Below are positions 45,654 through 55,362 of a stretch of 64,000 nt of DNA, piece by piece. The DNA lies in the NCBI GenBank assembly GCA_043826355.1, contig JBDRQI010000004.1, forward strand, positions 85,961 to 149,960, in the 5' to 3' direction. The stretch comes from Candidatus Omnitrophota bacterium (lineage in GTDB: Bacteria; Ratteibacteria; UBA8468; MWAK01). Position 1 is the stretch's first letter; the number at the start of each line of letters is the position of its first letter. Both the position numbers and the translations under genes were made by a program. The notes under the pieces were generated by a model. That model was not told the origin of the DNA. It was given only the letters and a program-made list of their open reading frames with translations, and made no database searches.

Positions 45654-47204
45654 ATGTTTTTAAAACAAAAAAAAGTTTTGGGGCTGGATGTCGGAACAAC
45701 GGCAATCAAAATCGTTGTTCTGGAATTTGTCGGAAATGGTTTTGCGTTAAAAAAGATAAAGATACTTGACCTTCCAATTGTTGCAGATGAGCAGTTTATT
45801 CTCACCCTGGTCAAAAGCGCCCTGAAAGAACTTGGCGGGAAAAATTTTGCTCTTTCATTACCGGGCCGATACGCTTTAATCCGTTCCATTTCCATTCCGA
45901 TTGTAGCTGCAGCCAGGATAGACGCCACCCTGAAGATTGAAGTTCAACACCGGATTCCCTTCCCTCTCGACCAGGTAATCTGGTCTTCTTACCGGTTGCC
46001 CCAGGAAAGCGATAACGTTGATTTTGTGGTGGGAGCTGTCAAAAAGGATATCGTCAAAAAGTTAGTTGGCCCCTTCCGAAAGTTTAAGGAAGAAATAGCT
46101 TTTTTAGATGCAGACCCTCTGGTTCTGACCAACCTCGTTTCCAGCCAGTCTGATTTTGACCGCAATAAAACTTATGCCGTTTTGGAACTGGGAGCCGAAA
46201 GCAGCAACCTGGTTATATTCCAGAAAAACCTGCTCCTGGTTCGCGCCCTTACCGTTGCCGGTAATAATTTTACCGAAAGCCTGAAAGAAGAAAAAAGTAT
46301 TGATTTTCCGGCGGCGGAAAAAGAGAAGCTTTCGCTGACCGGCCCAGAGTTGCCCGGCAGCATTAATTATGTTCTGGATAATTTAATTGCCGAAATCCAG
46401 AGTTCAATTGATTACTGGCGTTTTACCCACAAAGGCCCGGAATTGGACCAGTTCCTGCTCACCGGCGGCGGCGCAAGTTTACCGGGATTGTCTCAGTTGA
46501 TTGAGAGCCGGCTCAGGGTAGTTACCCGAATCCTGGATCCATTCGCCGATATTGATGTGAGTCCGGACGCCGGAGTTGAGCTTAGACCGGAACTGAAAAA
46601 TCGGCTGGCCGTGGCGACCGGGATGGCGTTGCGGAGCGTTTCCGAAAACGTATTTTTTTGCGCGCTTGATTTTTTACCGCCCGAATACATCGCGCTGAAA
46701 AAAGCCAGACAAAACCAGATTTACATATATCTTTCTTCCTTACTGGTGGTTTTCCTTTCTTTTACGCCGGGATATTTTTTTAACCAGGAAGCAAAGGTTA
46801 AACATCTGGTAATGGAAAGATTAAACGTTGATTTAAATGAGTACGAACAGTATCTTCCGGCCGTGCAGGATCTGGAAAGAGAGATTAGGGATTTGCAGGT
46901 CCGGTATGAAAGCCTGAATACCACCCTCGGCCAGAGATATCTCTGGTTATCTCGTTTGATCGACATTGGCCGGATTTTACCCAGTTCCAAAATTTATCTT
47001 ACCAAGTTCACTCCTTCGGGCAATACGCTGATTCTGGACGGTGAATCCACTGCCGAAAACCTGGGGCTTGCATTTCGTGATGTCCGTCAGTTTGTCCTTA
47101 ATTTAAATACACTGCCTTATTTGCAGAACGCCACCGTTCTTTCTTTGGAAAGGGTAGCTGTCGGCGAACAATTGGTCTTTCAAATTACGGTTGGGGTAAA
47201 ATAG
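45654..47204 (+). CDS. pilM: PilM-PilN fusion protein
   Basis: GLDVGTTAIK, ELGAESSNL, LTGGGA, then LDFLP, TM, coiled coil and PilN-like tail. Confidence 0.85.
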   Translation: MFLKQKKVLGLDVGTTAIKIVVLEFVGNGFALKKIKILDLPIVADEQFILTLVKSALKELGGKNFALSLPGRYALIRSISIPIVAAARIDATLKIEVQHRIPFPLDQVIWSSYRLPQESDNVDFVVGAVKKDIVKKLVGPFRKFKEEIAFLDADPLVLTNLVSSQSDFDRNKTYAVLELGAESSNLVIFQKNLLLVRALTVAGNNFTESLKEEKSIDFPAAEKEKLSLTGPELPGSINYVLDNLIAEIQSSIDYWRFTHKGPELDQFLLTGGGASLPGLSQLIESRLRVVTRILDPFADIDVSPDAGVELRPELKNRLAVATGMALRSVSENVFFCALDFLPPEYIALKKARQNQIYIYLSSLLVVFLSFTPGYFFNQEAKVKHLVMERLNVDLNEYEQYLPAVQDLEREIRDLQVRYESLNTTLGQRYLWLSRLIDIGRILPSSKIYLTKFTPSGNTLILDGESTAENLGLAFRDVRQFVLNLNTLPYLQNATVLSLERVAVGEQLVFQITVGVK

Positions 47205-48166
47205 TGGAATTTTTGCGAAAATACAAATCATGGCTGATAATGCTCTCGGCTTTAATTCTGGCCGGAGCCGGTTTTTACCTTGGCCGGACCCTCAGCAAGC
47301 AGGCGAGTGCCCTGACTCGGGAGATAGATATCAGGCAGGAAAAGCTAAAAGATTATTATGCCAACATTGAAACTGCGCCCTCGCCGCACAAGGTTAGCCG
47401 TCTTACCCGGGAAAAGATGACCCTGGAGGGGAATTATGAGTCCGTCTCCAGCCGGTACGCCCTCGTGCCGGTTTTAACCCTGCCGGAAGGGGAAATATTC
47501 CCCGCGCTCTATTACAAGGAAACGATGTATCTGGTTCTGGATGATTTACGCAGACAATCCGCGAATAAGGCTATTGCTCTTTCGTTCGGTATTAACGAGA
47601 CCGGTCTTCCCTCGGCGGAACAGGTGCCGGGGTTGCTGGTATTGCTGGATACGGTTAAAAGGCTCAGTGAAGAAGTTTTTCGAAGCAAAATATCCAGCCT
47701 TGATTCAGTTCAGATTGGCACGCCGTCTGTTAGTCCTTTCTACATTGAGATTCCGCTGGCGATAACCGTTAGCGGGAGCAGCAGCCGGCTCGCGTATTTT
47801 TTTGAAAATCTTGGTTCTTCCCAGACCATATTTGTTCTGGAAAACATGGCGATGGTTCGCAGCGGCGGCGCTTCGACTGCGGCGGCGCCGGGTGGACCGC
47901 TGGCCCCGGGGCCGGGCGGTCTTCCCGGCCCGGTCATGCAGGCTGCTCCGGTTGTTTCCGGAGGGGCCGGCGAAAATTTTCAGGCCTCTTTGAGTCTTAA
48001 GCGAATTCTCTGGGGTCAAGATCTGGCGGAAAAAATCAAAATTGTTACAGTTTCTGTTCCGACCGACCAGGGAATGCTGCCGGGTGGACCGGGAACGCTG
48101 CCGGGTGGAAGACCGGGAATGCCTCAACCACCCGCAGGTCTGCAGAGGCCCATAGCAGCAGAATAA
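47204..48166 (+). CDS. PilO/Amuc_1100-like protein
   Basis: TM, coiled coil, LSFGINETGLPSAEQVPGLLVLLDTVKRL; Pro/Gly-rich inserts. Confidence 0.65.
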   Translation: MEFLRKYKSWLIMLSALILAGAGFYLGRTLSKQASALTREIDIRQEKLKDYYANIETAPSPHKVSRLTREKMTLEGNYESVSSRYALVPVLTLPEGEIFPALYYKETMYLVLDDLRRQSANKAIALSFGINETGLPSAEQVPGLLVLLDTVKRLSEEVFRSKISSLDSVQIGTPSVSPFYIEIPLAITVSGSSSRLAYFFENLGSSQTIFVLENMAMVRSGGASTAAAPGGPLAPGPGGLPGPVMQAAPVVSGGAGENFQASLSLKRILWGQDLAEKIKIVTVSVPTDQGMLPGGPGTLPGGRPGMPQPPAGLQRPIAAE

Positions 48167-48184
48167 GATCAGTAAAAATTAATT

Positions 48185-49990
48185 ATGAACAAAATAGAAA
48201 AGAGTGATTCCCGATCGCTAAAAAGAGAAAAACTGAAAAGTTTTCTTTCGGAACGACGTTCCCAGAAATGTGCGCAGGCGACGGCAAAAAAGGAAACTGC
48301 GCGTCGTCTGATTTTGGAGCGGCGGGCCCGTTTAGTTTCGGAACGAACTTATGCCCGGCAGCGAAAGGAAGCGCTGAAGGAAACAAAAATCAAGTCCCGG
48401 ATTAAAATCAATGCTGAAAAATCTGATAAAATCGCTTCTTTGTCCCGCCGGTCTAAATCGGAAAAAAGAAAGGTTCTTGCCGGCGAGAAAACGAAACTTG
48501 TTTCCGGAGAAGAAGAGGCCAAACCTTCGTTTTCAGCGCCTGTAAAGAATCGGCAGGCGGAAAACCGGCAAAAACTCCTGGCGTATCTTGAAAAACAGCG
48601 AGTAAATAAGTCCGAGATTATAGCTGGAAAAATCAGGCAGAAAGAAGCCGCCGCAGAAGAAAAGCGGGCCCGCCGGGCAGAACTAAAAAGACAGAAACAG
48701 TCCCGTCGTCAAACTAAACCGATTATCCAGGCTCAAGAGAAATCCGGGGAGACCATTCCGGCCGCAATCGGCCAATCATACAAACGGCAGCAATTATTAT
48801 TATACCTTAAAAAGCGTAAATCCGGCGGGAAGGCTTTTGCTGTTCAACGCCGGGAGTTGAAAAAAATTACGGAAGCAGTGGTTCCGGAAGCAATTTCGGT
48901 TCCGATGGTTCCGGAAGCAGCCCCGGTTGTTATACCGTTGGTAACGCCGTCGCCTGTACCCTTGACAACCGAAGAGGCTGTGCCGGAAAAGGTTCTGGCG
49001 CCGATTGAAGAAAAGCCGCCCGCCCGCCGTTTAAAATTATTTTTGGCCAGAGGAAAAAAACCGTCTCAAGTTGACGCTGAACTTGCGGTTGCTCCAAAAC
49101 CGGAATTGCCCGCTCGAAAACCGTTTCGCATCGTCCCGTTCCTAAAAGGCCATTTCGTAAAGATAATTCTTCTGTTGTTGGTTTTAGCATGGTTTATCGA
49201 AATTGCCCTGCTCAACAAACACCTGGAAAATATCCGGCAACAGCTTGAACAGACCGCTTCGATTGCCAGATCGCATGTTTCAGGCGAGGCTGTAATTACG
49301 GCAAAAACATTACCTCCGGCCGTAGCAACGACCCGGGTGGAAGGGATACGAGACCCATTTTCCAGTGAACTCTGGCGAATTCAGGAAATTACACCGGCGC
49401 AAGCCAGGGCCGTTGGGGTTCGTCCGGTAAGGATGCCAGAACCACCGTCCATAATAAAACCAATCACCCCAATTCTAATAGCCCAGCCGCCCAAGCCACC
49501 GGAGTTTATGCCACCGGAAGTGGCCAGGGCAATTCCGGAAAGTGCAAAACTAGCCAGGATTCCCGAGATTACCGTTCCTGAGGCTGGTTCGGTTTCAGCG
49601 CCATCGGCGCCGGCATCCAGTCTCCGCTTCCGCGGAATTCTTAACGTAGCCGGGATTGATTACTTCTTTGTAGAAGGTGCCGGCGGCGGATATCGGGTCC
49701 GGGTTGGCGATACCGTTGAAGGATTTAAGATATATGATTATCGTAACGGCGTTCTCTATTTTGCTAAAGACGGCTATACCTATCAATTGAACGAAGAAAA
49801 AGTGAGTCCGCCTTTACGTTACCGCGGCCGGATGATTATGGCCGGACAGGAATATTTTTTCCTGGAGGGACAGCGCACTTACCGGACGGTTATCGGCGAA
49901 GAGATTGAAGGCTACCGGCTGGTTAAACGGGTTGGTGACTATCTTTACTTTGTCAAGGATGACCGGCTCTATTACCTGAAACAGGAATAA
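48185..49990 (+). CDS. Membrane protein with long basic N-terminus, TM, Pro-rich linker and duplicated PilP-like C-terminal domain
   Basis: K/R-rich first ~230 aa, one TM, RDPF motif, two LR[FY]RG..AG.[DE]YFF.EG repeats. Confidence 0.7.
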   Translation: MNKIEKSDSRSLKREKLKSFLSERRSQKCAQATAKKETARRLILERRARLVSERTYARQRKEALKETKIKSRIKINAEKSDKIASLSRRSKSEKRKVLAGEKTKLVSGEEEAKPSFSAPVKNRQAENRQKLLAYLEKQRVNKSEIIAGKIRQKEAAAEEKRARRAELKRQKQSRRQTKPIIQAQEKSGETIPAAIGQSYKRQQLLLYLKKRKSGGKAFAVQRRELKKITEAVVPEAISVPMVPEAAPVVIPLVTPSPVPLTTEEAVPEKVLAPIEEKPPARRLKLFLARGKKPSQVDAELAVAPKPELPARKPFRIVPFLKGHFVKIILLLLVLAWFIEIALLNKHLENIRQQLEQTASIARSHVSGEAVITAKTLPPAVATTRVEGIRDPFSSELWRIQEITPAQARAVGVRPVRMPEPPSIIKPITPILIAQPPKPPEFMPPEVARAIPESAKLARIPEITVPEAGSVSAPSAPASSLRFRGILNVAGIDYFFVEGAGGGYRVRVGDTVEGFKIYDYRNGVLYFAKDGYTYQLNEEKVSPPLRYRGRMIMAGQEYFFLEGQRTYRTVIGEEIEGYRLVKRVGDYLYFVKDDRLYYLKQE

Positions 49991-50093
49991 TAGTTCGTTT
50001 TATTTCCGGATGCTTCATCTCGCCGTAGCCCGCCTGCGCTAAAGCTGCGGCGAGACAAGCCTTGGCGAAGGCGGATAATAGGAAGGGATGCCC

Positions 50094-50122
50094 TTGACTT
50101 TTAACGGGATTAACGGTATAAC
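50094..50122 (+). promoter_or_regulatory. sigma70 promoter for the second secretin
   Basis: TTGACT-N17-TATAAC. Confidence 0.65.
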
Positions 50123-50144
50123 AATAGCGAAGGGGGTAGGGTTT

Positions 50145-52076
50145 ATGAGGAACATTCTAAAATTATTTCCGGTGGCGGGTTTATTCCTGGTTTTCGCGGC
50201 AGGTTGCGCCTCTCAGGTGGCGACAAAGAAAGAAGCGCCGGTAGAGCCGGTTCCGGTTACAGTAAGTCCGGCGCTCGCATCACTGAAGGCCGAGGCTGAA
50301 GCGGCTAAGTTTTACAAAGAGGGACAATCGGCTTATTGGCTCGGTAACTATGCGGAGGCAGTTTCTCTGTTTGCCCGGGTAAAGGCAATTGACCCGAACT
50401 ATAAGGCCAAAAGTGTGGAGAATTACCAGGCTTTAGCCACTTACCGTTTGGTTGGTAAGAAACCGGGTGACACCAGGGTGTTTGTGGATCCCGCGCCGGA
50501 AAATGCACCGAAGAGTGAACTTTTAATTAATGACGAACAGGAATGGCTCAATCTGGTCAGGGAAACGGAAGCGGTTTTACTGGATGCAGCCACCTACCTG
50601 GATAGGATACAAAAATCCGGAGAAGTGCCGGCCGAAAAACTGATCGACCCGAATTACTACTTGAGGCAGGCCCGTTTATCTTTTGAACGTAAGGAATATC
50701 TTGATGTCATTAATCACAGTTACCGGATTAAAGAAATGGTTACGGCCGCCTACAATGAAGCGGTGGAACCGGAAAGAAAACTCCTGGGAAAGATAGGCGA
50801 TACGCCGGTTACTTTTAACGTTACTGACCTTGACCTTGCGGCGGCGCTGCAGCAAATTTACGCCATAACCGGTGTCAATATCGTCCTTTCTTCGGGTATC
50901 TCCGGCAAGGTTACGATGAACGTAAGGGATATTCCGCTGCGGCAGGTCCTGGACCTGATTGTGGACACCCACGGTTTGAAATATGCCGAAAAGGATAATG
51001 TCATCCGGATTATGACCCCGTCAGAATACGAAAAGACCGCGGCCGGCCTGGCAGTACGCAATAAGAAAGTTTTCCCGCTCCGTTATGCCGAAGCCATAGC
51101 GGTGGCCAAGGTCATCCGGGAAGGGATGGGTATCGAGGGCGTTACGGCCGACGTAAGAAGCAATTCAATTATCGCCGATGCCAGCAGCACACGGCAGGCC
51201 CAGGATATAAGCAGGTTAGTTAACGAACTGGATATCCCGACCAACCAGGTGTTAATTGAGGCTCAGTTGCTGGAGGTTACCTATTCTAATAATAAAGCCC
51301 TGGGTATTAACTTTTTGCTTCAAAGTAAAATGATTGGCGATGTCCGGCTTTCCGGCCCGAGTTTTGGTGTGGTTCCTGCAATCCTGCCGTCTGATGCCGC
51401 CAGCGTATATTTCGGGCTTACCCACCGTGATTTTTCGGCAATTTTCAACGCACTGGCAAACGACGGAGAAGTGAGGTTGCTCCAGAGTCCGCGCATCATG
51501 GCCATTTCCGGTACCCCGGCCGTGATTACAACCACAGAGCAGTTTCCTTACGTTACTTCAACGGTGAGCGGCGGTTCCGCGACGGTCGCACCGACAGTTA
51601 CCAGTGTTTTGAACACGGTAGACGTCGGTACAACCTTTACGGTCACCCCCTTGATCCAGGGGAATCGCACGGTTGCTCTATCCGTAAACTTGGTTGTGCA
51701 GCGGGTTTCAGAAATTGTCGATGTGCCGATAATCAGCGGTAACTTGGTTTTAAGCCAAAAATATCCGTTGGTTGCATCCCGGAGCACCAGTCAGAACATT
51801 GTTCTGTGGGATGGGGAATCTCTGGTGGTTGGCGGGATTATGAGCAGGGATGACCTTAAAAGTGAAAACCGGTTTCCGGTTCTGGGCAAAATCCCGCTGT
51901 TGGGCTATCTTTTCAAGCGGAGCTCGCTGACGAAGAAGAATACCGAATTGATTCTTTTTCTGACCCCGCGCATCGTGCAGACCTATGAGGAAGGCCGCAC
52001 CCTTACCCGGGAATATAAAGCGCTGCCTTCCGGCAAGGAATTAGAGAAGGGGATTATCGGGCAAGATTGGTTTTAA
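50145..52076 (+). CDS. Lipoprotein secretin with TPR
   Basis: MRNILKLFPVAGLFLVFAAG|C lipobox, TPR, QVLIEAQLLEV, SPRI, PVLGKIPLLGYLFK, ELILFLTPRIV. Confidence 0.88.
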   Translation: MRNILKLFPVAGLFLVFAAGCASQVATKKEAPVEPVPVTVSPALASLKAEAEAAKFYKEGQSAYWLGNYAEAVSLFARVKAIDPNYKAKSVENYQALATYRLVGKKPGDTRVFVDPAPENAPKSELLINDEQEWLNLVRETEAVLLDAATYLDRIQKSGEVPAEKLIDPNYYLRQARLSFERKEYLDVINHSYRIKEMVTAAYNEAVEPERKLLGKIGDTPVTFNVTDLDLAAALQQIYAITGVNIVLSSGISGKVTMNVRDIPLRQVLDLIVDTHGLKYAEKDNVIRIMTPSEYEKTAAGLAVRNKKVFPLRYAEAIAVAKVIREGMGIEGVTADVRSNSIIADASSTRQAQDISRLVNELDIPTNQVLIEAQLLEVTYSNNKALGINFLLQSKMIGDVRLSGPSFGVVPAILPSDAASVYFGLTHRDFSAIFNALANDGEVRLLQSPRIMAISGTPAVITTTEQFPYVTSTVSGGSATVAPTVTSVLNTVDVGTTFTVTPLIQGNRTVALSVNLVVQRVSEIVDVPIISGNLVLSQKYPLVASRSTSQNIVLWDGESLVVGGIMSRDDLKSENRFPVLGKIPLLGYLFKRSSLTKKNTELILFLTPRIVQTYEEGRTLTREYKALPSGKELEKGIIGQDWF

Positions 52077-52099
52077 TTAAATTAAAGGGGGAACCGAAC

Positions 52100-52708
52100 A
52101 TGAAAAATAATCGTTTTTTAAATCTGCTTTTTTTAACCATTTTTATTTTTGCGGGAGCGTTGGCAACTAAAAGCGAGGGCCAAACGACCACGGCCGTAAA
52201 AGCAGAGAAGATAGACAAAGAACAACTGGCGGGAATGATTAAACCGACGCTGGAAAAATATCTAAGCAACCATCCTGACCAGCAGGTTCGCATCTGGTCT
52301 ATGGTCGTTTTAGCCAACCTTGATAAAATTGATGAACAAAAAACATCGTCTATCCCGACTCTGGTTTTGCAACTGAGCAACAATGATGAAAATATTCGTC
52401 AGATTGCTCTGAATAGCATACGTGCAGCTCTGACCCTTGAAGGAAAAGAATGGAAAGGGATTATGGGAACGGTTTTTCGGACTACCGCAAAAACTACCCA
52501 GTACCCGGAAGTTAAAAAACTGGCGATCAAGTCTTTGGGCATACTCCAGAATTTAGACGAAGATTCGTTGGATTCCCTTATGTTGCTTTTTGAGTTGGCG
52601 GAGGACGATGATTCCGATATTCGTAAGGCAGCAAATGAAGCGATCGCAGTGGTTTTATCTTCGGCGGAAACGAGTTCCAGTGATGGCGGTGGCGCTGTTC
52701 TCCGGTGA
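52100..52708 (+). CDS. Exported HEAT-repeat protein
   Basis: Signal peptide; repeats DENIRQIALNSI, PEVKKLAIKSLG, DSDIRKAANEAI. Confidence 0.75.
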   Translation: MKNNRFLNLLFLTIFIFAGALATKSEGQTTTAVKAEKIDKEQLAGMIKPTLEKYLSNHPDQQVRIWSMVVLANLDKIDEQKTSSIPTLVLQLSNNDENIRQIALNSIRAALTLEGKEWKGIMGTVFRTTAKTTQYPEVKKLAIKSLGILQNLDEDSLDSLMLLFELAEDDDSDIRKAANEAIAVVLSSAETSSSDGGGAVLR

Positions 52709-52715
52709 TAAAAAT

Positions 52716-53504
52716 ATGCGGAAGTTTTTTGTCGGTAAACTTAAGGGAGTGCTCTATTTTCAGGCTATTTTGCTTCTGGCTGGGAACTACTCTCCACTCT
52801 ACCAGCGAGACCTTTTTAACTTAACTCCGCCTCCTCCGCCGCCTAAGGTGGAAGTGAAACCGATTATCCGGGAGCCGCTCCTCTCGGAGATTTTGGTCCT
52901 GAAGGGGACGGTTGTCGGAGCCGGTCTTTCTTCTCTGGCGGTAATTGAAAACCGGCAGGCCGGGAGTGAAAATATCTATCAGGAAGGCGCCAGAGTAGCC
53001 GGCGCCCTGATTGTCCGGATTGAGTTAGACCGGGTTAATCTGCTTGATAAAGAAGACAAAGAAGTCGTCCTTGCGCTTTCTTCTGCCGGTGGAGTTCCCC
53101 CGGGTCCGGGGGTGAAACAGGCGATTATAGAGACTGACCAGGCAGTACCGGTTGCCACCCAATACATTCCGGATACTGAAGTTCCGGCAACTTCCATAAG
53201 TCTGGCGGATATTACCCGGCAGGTTGTTCAGAATCCGGCAGAGATTCGGGATTTAATGGTGGCTCCCGTTGTTTCGGAGGGGAAAGTAGCCGGTTACCGT
53301 GTTCAGAATATCGCCGCCGGTTCCCTGGCGGACCGATACGGCATTAAGAACGGGGATGTTGTTACCAGGGTAAACGGAATCGTCCTGGAGAAACTTTCCC
53401 AGGTTAACGAAATATATCGTTCCATCAAACCCGGAACTCCGTTTGCGGTGGAAATCCTGCGGGCAGGCAATCCGCTCACCCTTAGCTTTCAGTTTACCCC
53501 TTGA
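52716..53504 (+). CDS. gspC: Type II secretion protein C (HR + PDZ)
   Basis: LKGTVVG..LAVIE, GYRV..GIKNGDVVTRVNG PDZ; start uncertain. Confidence 0.85.
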   Translation: MRKFFVGKLKGVLYFQAILLLAGNYSPLYQRDLFNLTPPPPPPKVEVKPIIREPLLSEILVLKGTVVGAGLSSLAVIENRQAGSENIYQEGARVAGALIVRIELDRVNLLDKEDKEVVLALSSAGGVPPGPGVKQAIIETDQAVPVATQYIPDTEVPATSISLADITRQVVQNPAEIRDLMVAPVVSEGKVAGYRVQNIAAGSLADRYGIKNGDVVTRVNGIVLEKLSQVNEIYRSIKPGTPFAVEILRAGNPLTLSFQFTP

Positions 53505-53545
53505 TAAAGTAGGACAGGCGTCTCTCCTGTCATCTGTAATCTTAT

Positions 53546-53631
53546 GTAGGGGAGGGGCTGTGTACCCTCTCCCGCGGGCTGAGTTTCACCAAGTCCGCCT
53601 CTGGCGGGCGGGGATGTAACCCCGTCCCTGC
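53546..53631. repeat. Family B doublet with inverted spacer
   Basis: Arms as at 7232; inner 38 bp is the reverse complement of the 7232 copy. Confidence 0.85.
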
Positions 53632-53679
53632 ACTTAACAAAGCCCACCTTTGGCGGGCGACTACACAACAAAAATCAAA

Positions 53680-55362
53680 ATGACCAAATTCTATATCACT
53701 GTAGCCAAAAAATGGAGGTGTTCTCTCCTTGTTTTTCTCTTTGCGTTTCTGTGTTTTTACGCCCCTGTGCATTTATTCCCGCCTTCCTGTTTTTCCGTTG
53801 AAACAATCGCTGATAATCAAACGATATCCATCGCTTTTTCCGGCGTAGAATTAAAGACGTTCATCCAAACGATGAACGTCTACCTGAATAAAAATTTTGT
53901 CATAGCTCCAAATGTAACCGGCCAGGTAACCATCTATTCCGCCAAACCGATTTCCGTCAAGGAGGCGGAGGCTGTTTTTTATTCCGTTTTGAATTTGTAC
54001 GGATTTACGGCTGTTCCGGCTGGAGAGGTTGTCAACATTATTCCGCTTGTTGAAGCAAAGACCAAAAATATTGAAGTCAGCGTTGGTTCTGACCCGGAAC
54101 AACTAAGAGTTTTTGGGGACAGGCTGATTACCCAGATTGTGCCTCTTTCTTACAGCAAGCCTGACGGCCTTGTGCCGCTGTTGAACACTTCCCTTTCCAA
54201 GGGCGGGAGTCTGAGCGCTGACACCAAAACCAATGTTTTGATTGTAACCGACACAGCCAGTAATATCCGCAAAATTCTTCAGATGGTGAATCAGTTGGAC
54301 CGGCCGGCTCCGCCAACCCAGGAGACGATTTATTACTACACGTTGCAGAATAGCAACGCTCAGGAGATGGCCGGAGTTCTGACGCAGGTTGTGGCCCAAA
54401 AAGGAAAGGCGATGCGGCCCGGAGAGATTGCGGAACAGGTGTCCGTAATTGCCAATCCTTCTTCCAATGACCTTATAATCACCGCAAACCAGGATACATA
54501 TGCTTCACTGGTAAAGATTATCAAGGAACTGGACCGCAGGCCCAAACAGGTCTTGATTGAGGCGCTGGTGGCTGAGGTGAGCGGGGATTTGGTCCGGGAG
54601 TTTGGGATACAGTGGCAGTTTTTTGAGCCGGCAGCAGGCGCTTATCGCGGTTTTGGCTCGGTGGGCGGGACCATTGATGCCGCTACCATGGCGACGATGG
54701 AAGCCGGTCTGCAGCCAGCCGGGCTTATTGCCGGCGTAATAAAAGGAAATGATTTTCCTTTTAATATCGGCGCGTTGGTGAAGTTTTACGGAAAGGACAC
54801 CAACTTTAAAATCCTTTCCACGCCGCTGATAGTTACGCTGGATAATAAAGAGGCGTTGATTAAGGTGGTTGACACCATTCCTTATACCAAACAGATTACG
54901 TACGGAATCAGTACTTCCGAGACGATTCCAACCCAGAGTTTTGACTATCAGGATGTCGGTATAACCCTGAAGATTACCCCGCACATCAGTGAGGACCGCA
55001 ACGTCCGGCTGGAGATTACACAAGAGGTAACCAAACTTGTCTCTTCTTCTGTTGCCGGGAGCAATGTTTTGGCGCCGACTATCGCCAAGCGTTCCGCCCA
55101 GAGCAGCGTCATCGTAAATGATGGGGAAACGATGGTTTTGGGTGGATTAACCCGGAATGACAGCGATGAGACTATGGAAAAGGTTCCCGGATTTGGCGAT
55201 ATTCCTCTTCTGGGGTATTTTTTCCGTCGTAAAATCAAACAAAATCAGCAAACCAGTCTCTATATTTTTATAACCCCCACCGTAATCGCCACTAAAGAAG
55301 AGTCCGCTATTGTTACCGGGCAGAAGAAGGCTGATTTGAAAAAGAGTGGTACGGCAAAATGA
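53680..55362 (+). CDS. gspD: Type II secretion secretin GspD
   Basis: N0 (GQVTIYSAKP), N domains, QVLIEALVAEV, DYQDVGITLKITPHI, KVPGFGDIPLLG. Confidence 0.92.
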   Translation: MTKFYITVAKKWRCSLLVFLFAFLCFYAPVHLFPPSCFSVETIADNQTISIAFSGVELKTFIQTMNVYLNKNFVIAPNVTGQVTIYSAKPISVKEAEAVFYSVLNLYGFTAVPAGEVVNIIPLVEAKTKNIEVSVGSDPEQLRVFGDRLITQIVPLSYSKPDGLVPLLNTSLSKGGSLSADTKTNVLIVTDTASNIRKILQMVNQLDRPAPPTQETIYYYTLQNSNAQEMAGVLTQVVAQKGKAMRPGEIAEQVSVIANPSSNDLIITANQDTYASLVKIIKELDRRPKQVLIEALVAEVSGDLVREFGIQWQFFEPAAGAYRGFGSVGGTIDAATMATMEAGLQPAGLIAGVIKGNDFPFNIGALVKFYGKDTNFKILSTPLIVTLDNKEALIKVVDTIPYTKQITYGISTSETIPTQSFDYQDVGITLKITPHISEDRNVRLEITQEVTKLVSSSVAGSNVLAPTIAKRSAQSSVIVNDGETMVLGGLTRNDSDETMEKVPGFGDIPLLGYFFRRKIKQNQQTSLYIFITPTVIATKEESAIVTGQKKADLKKSGTAK

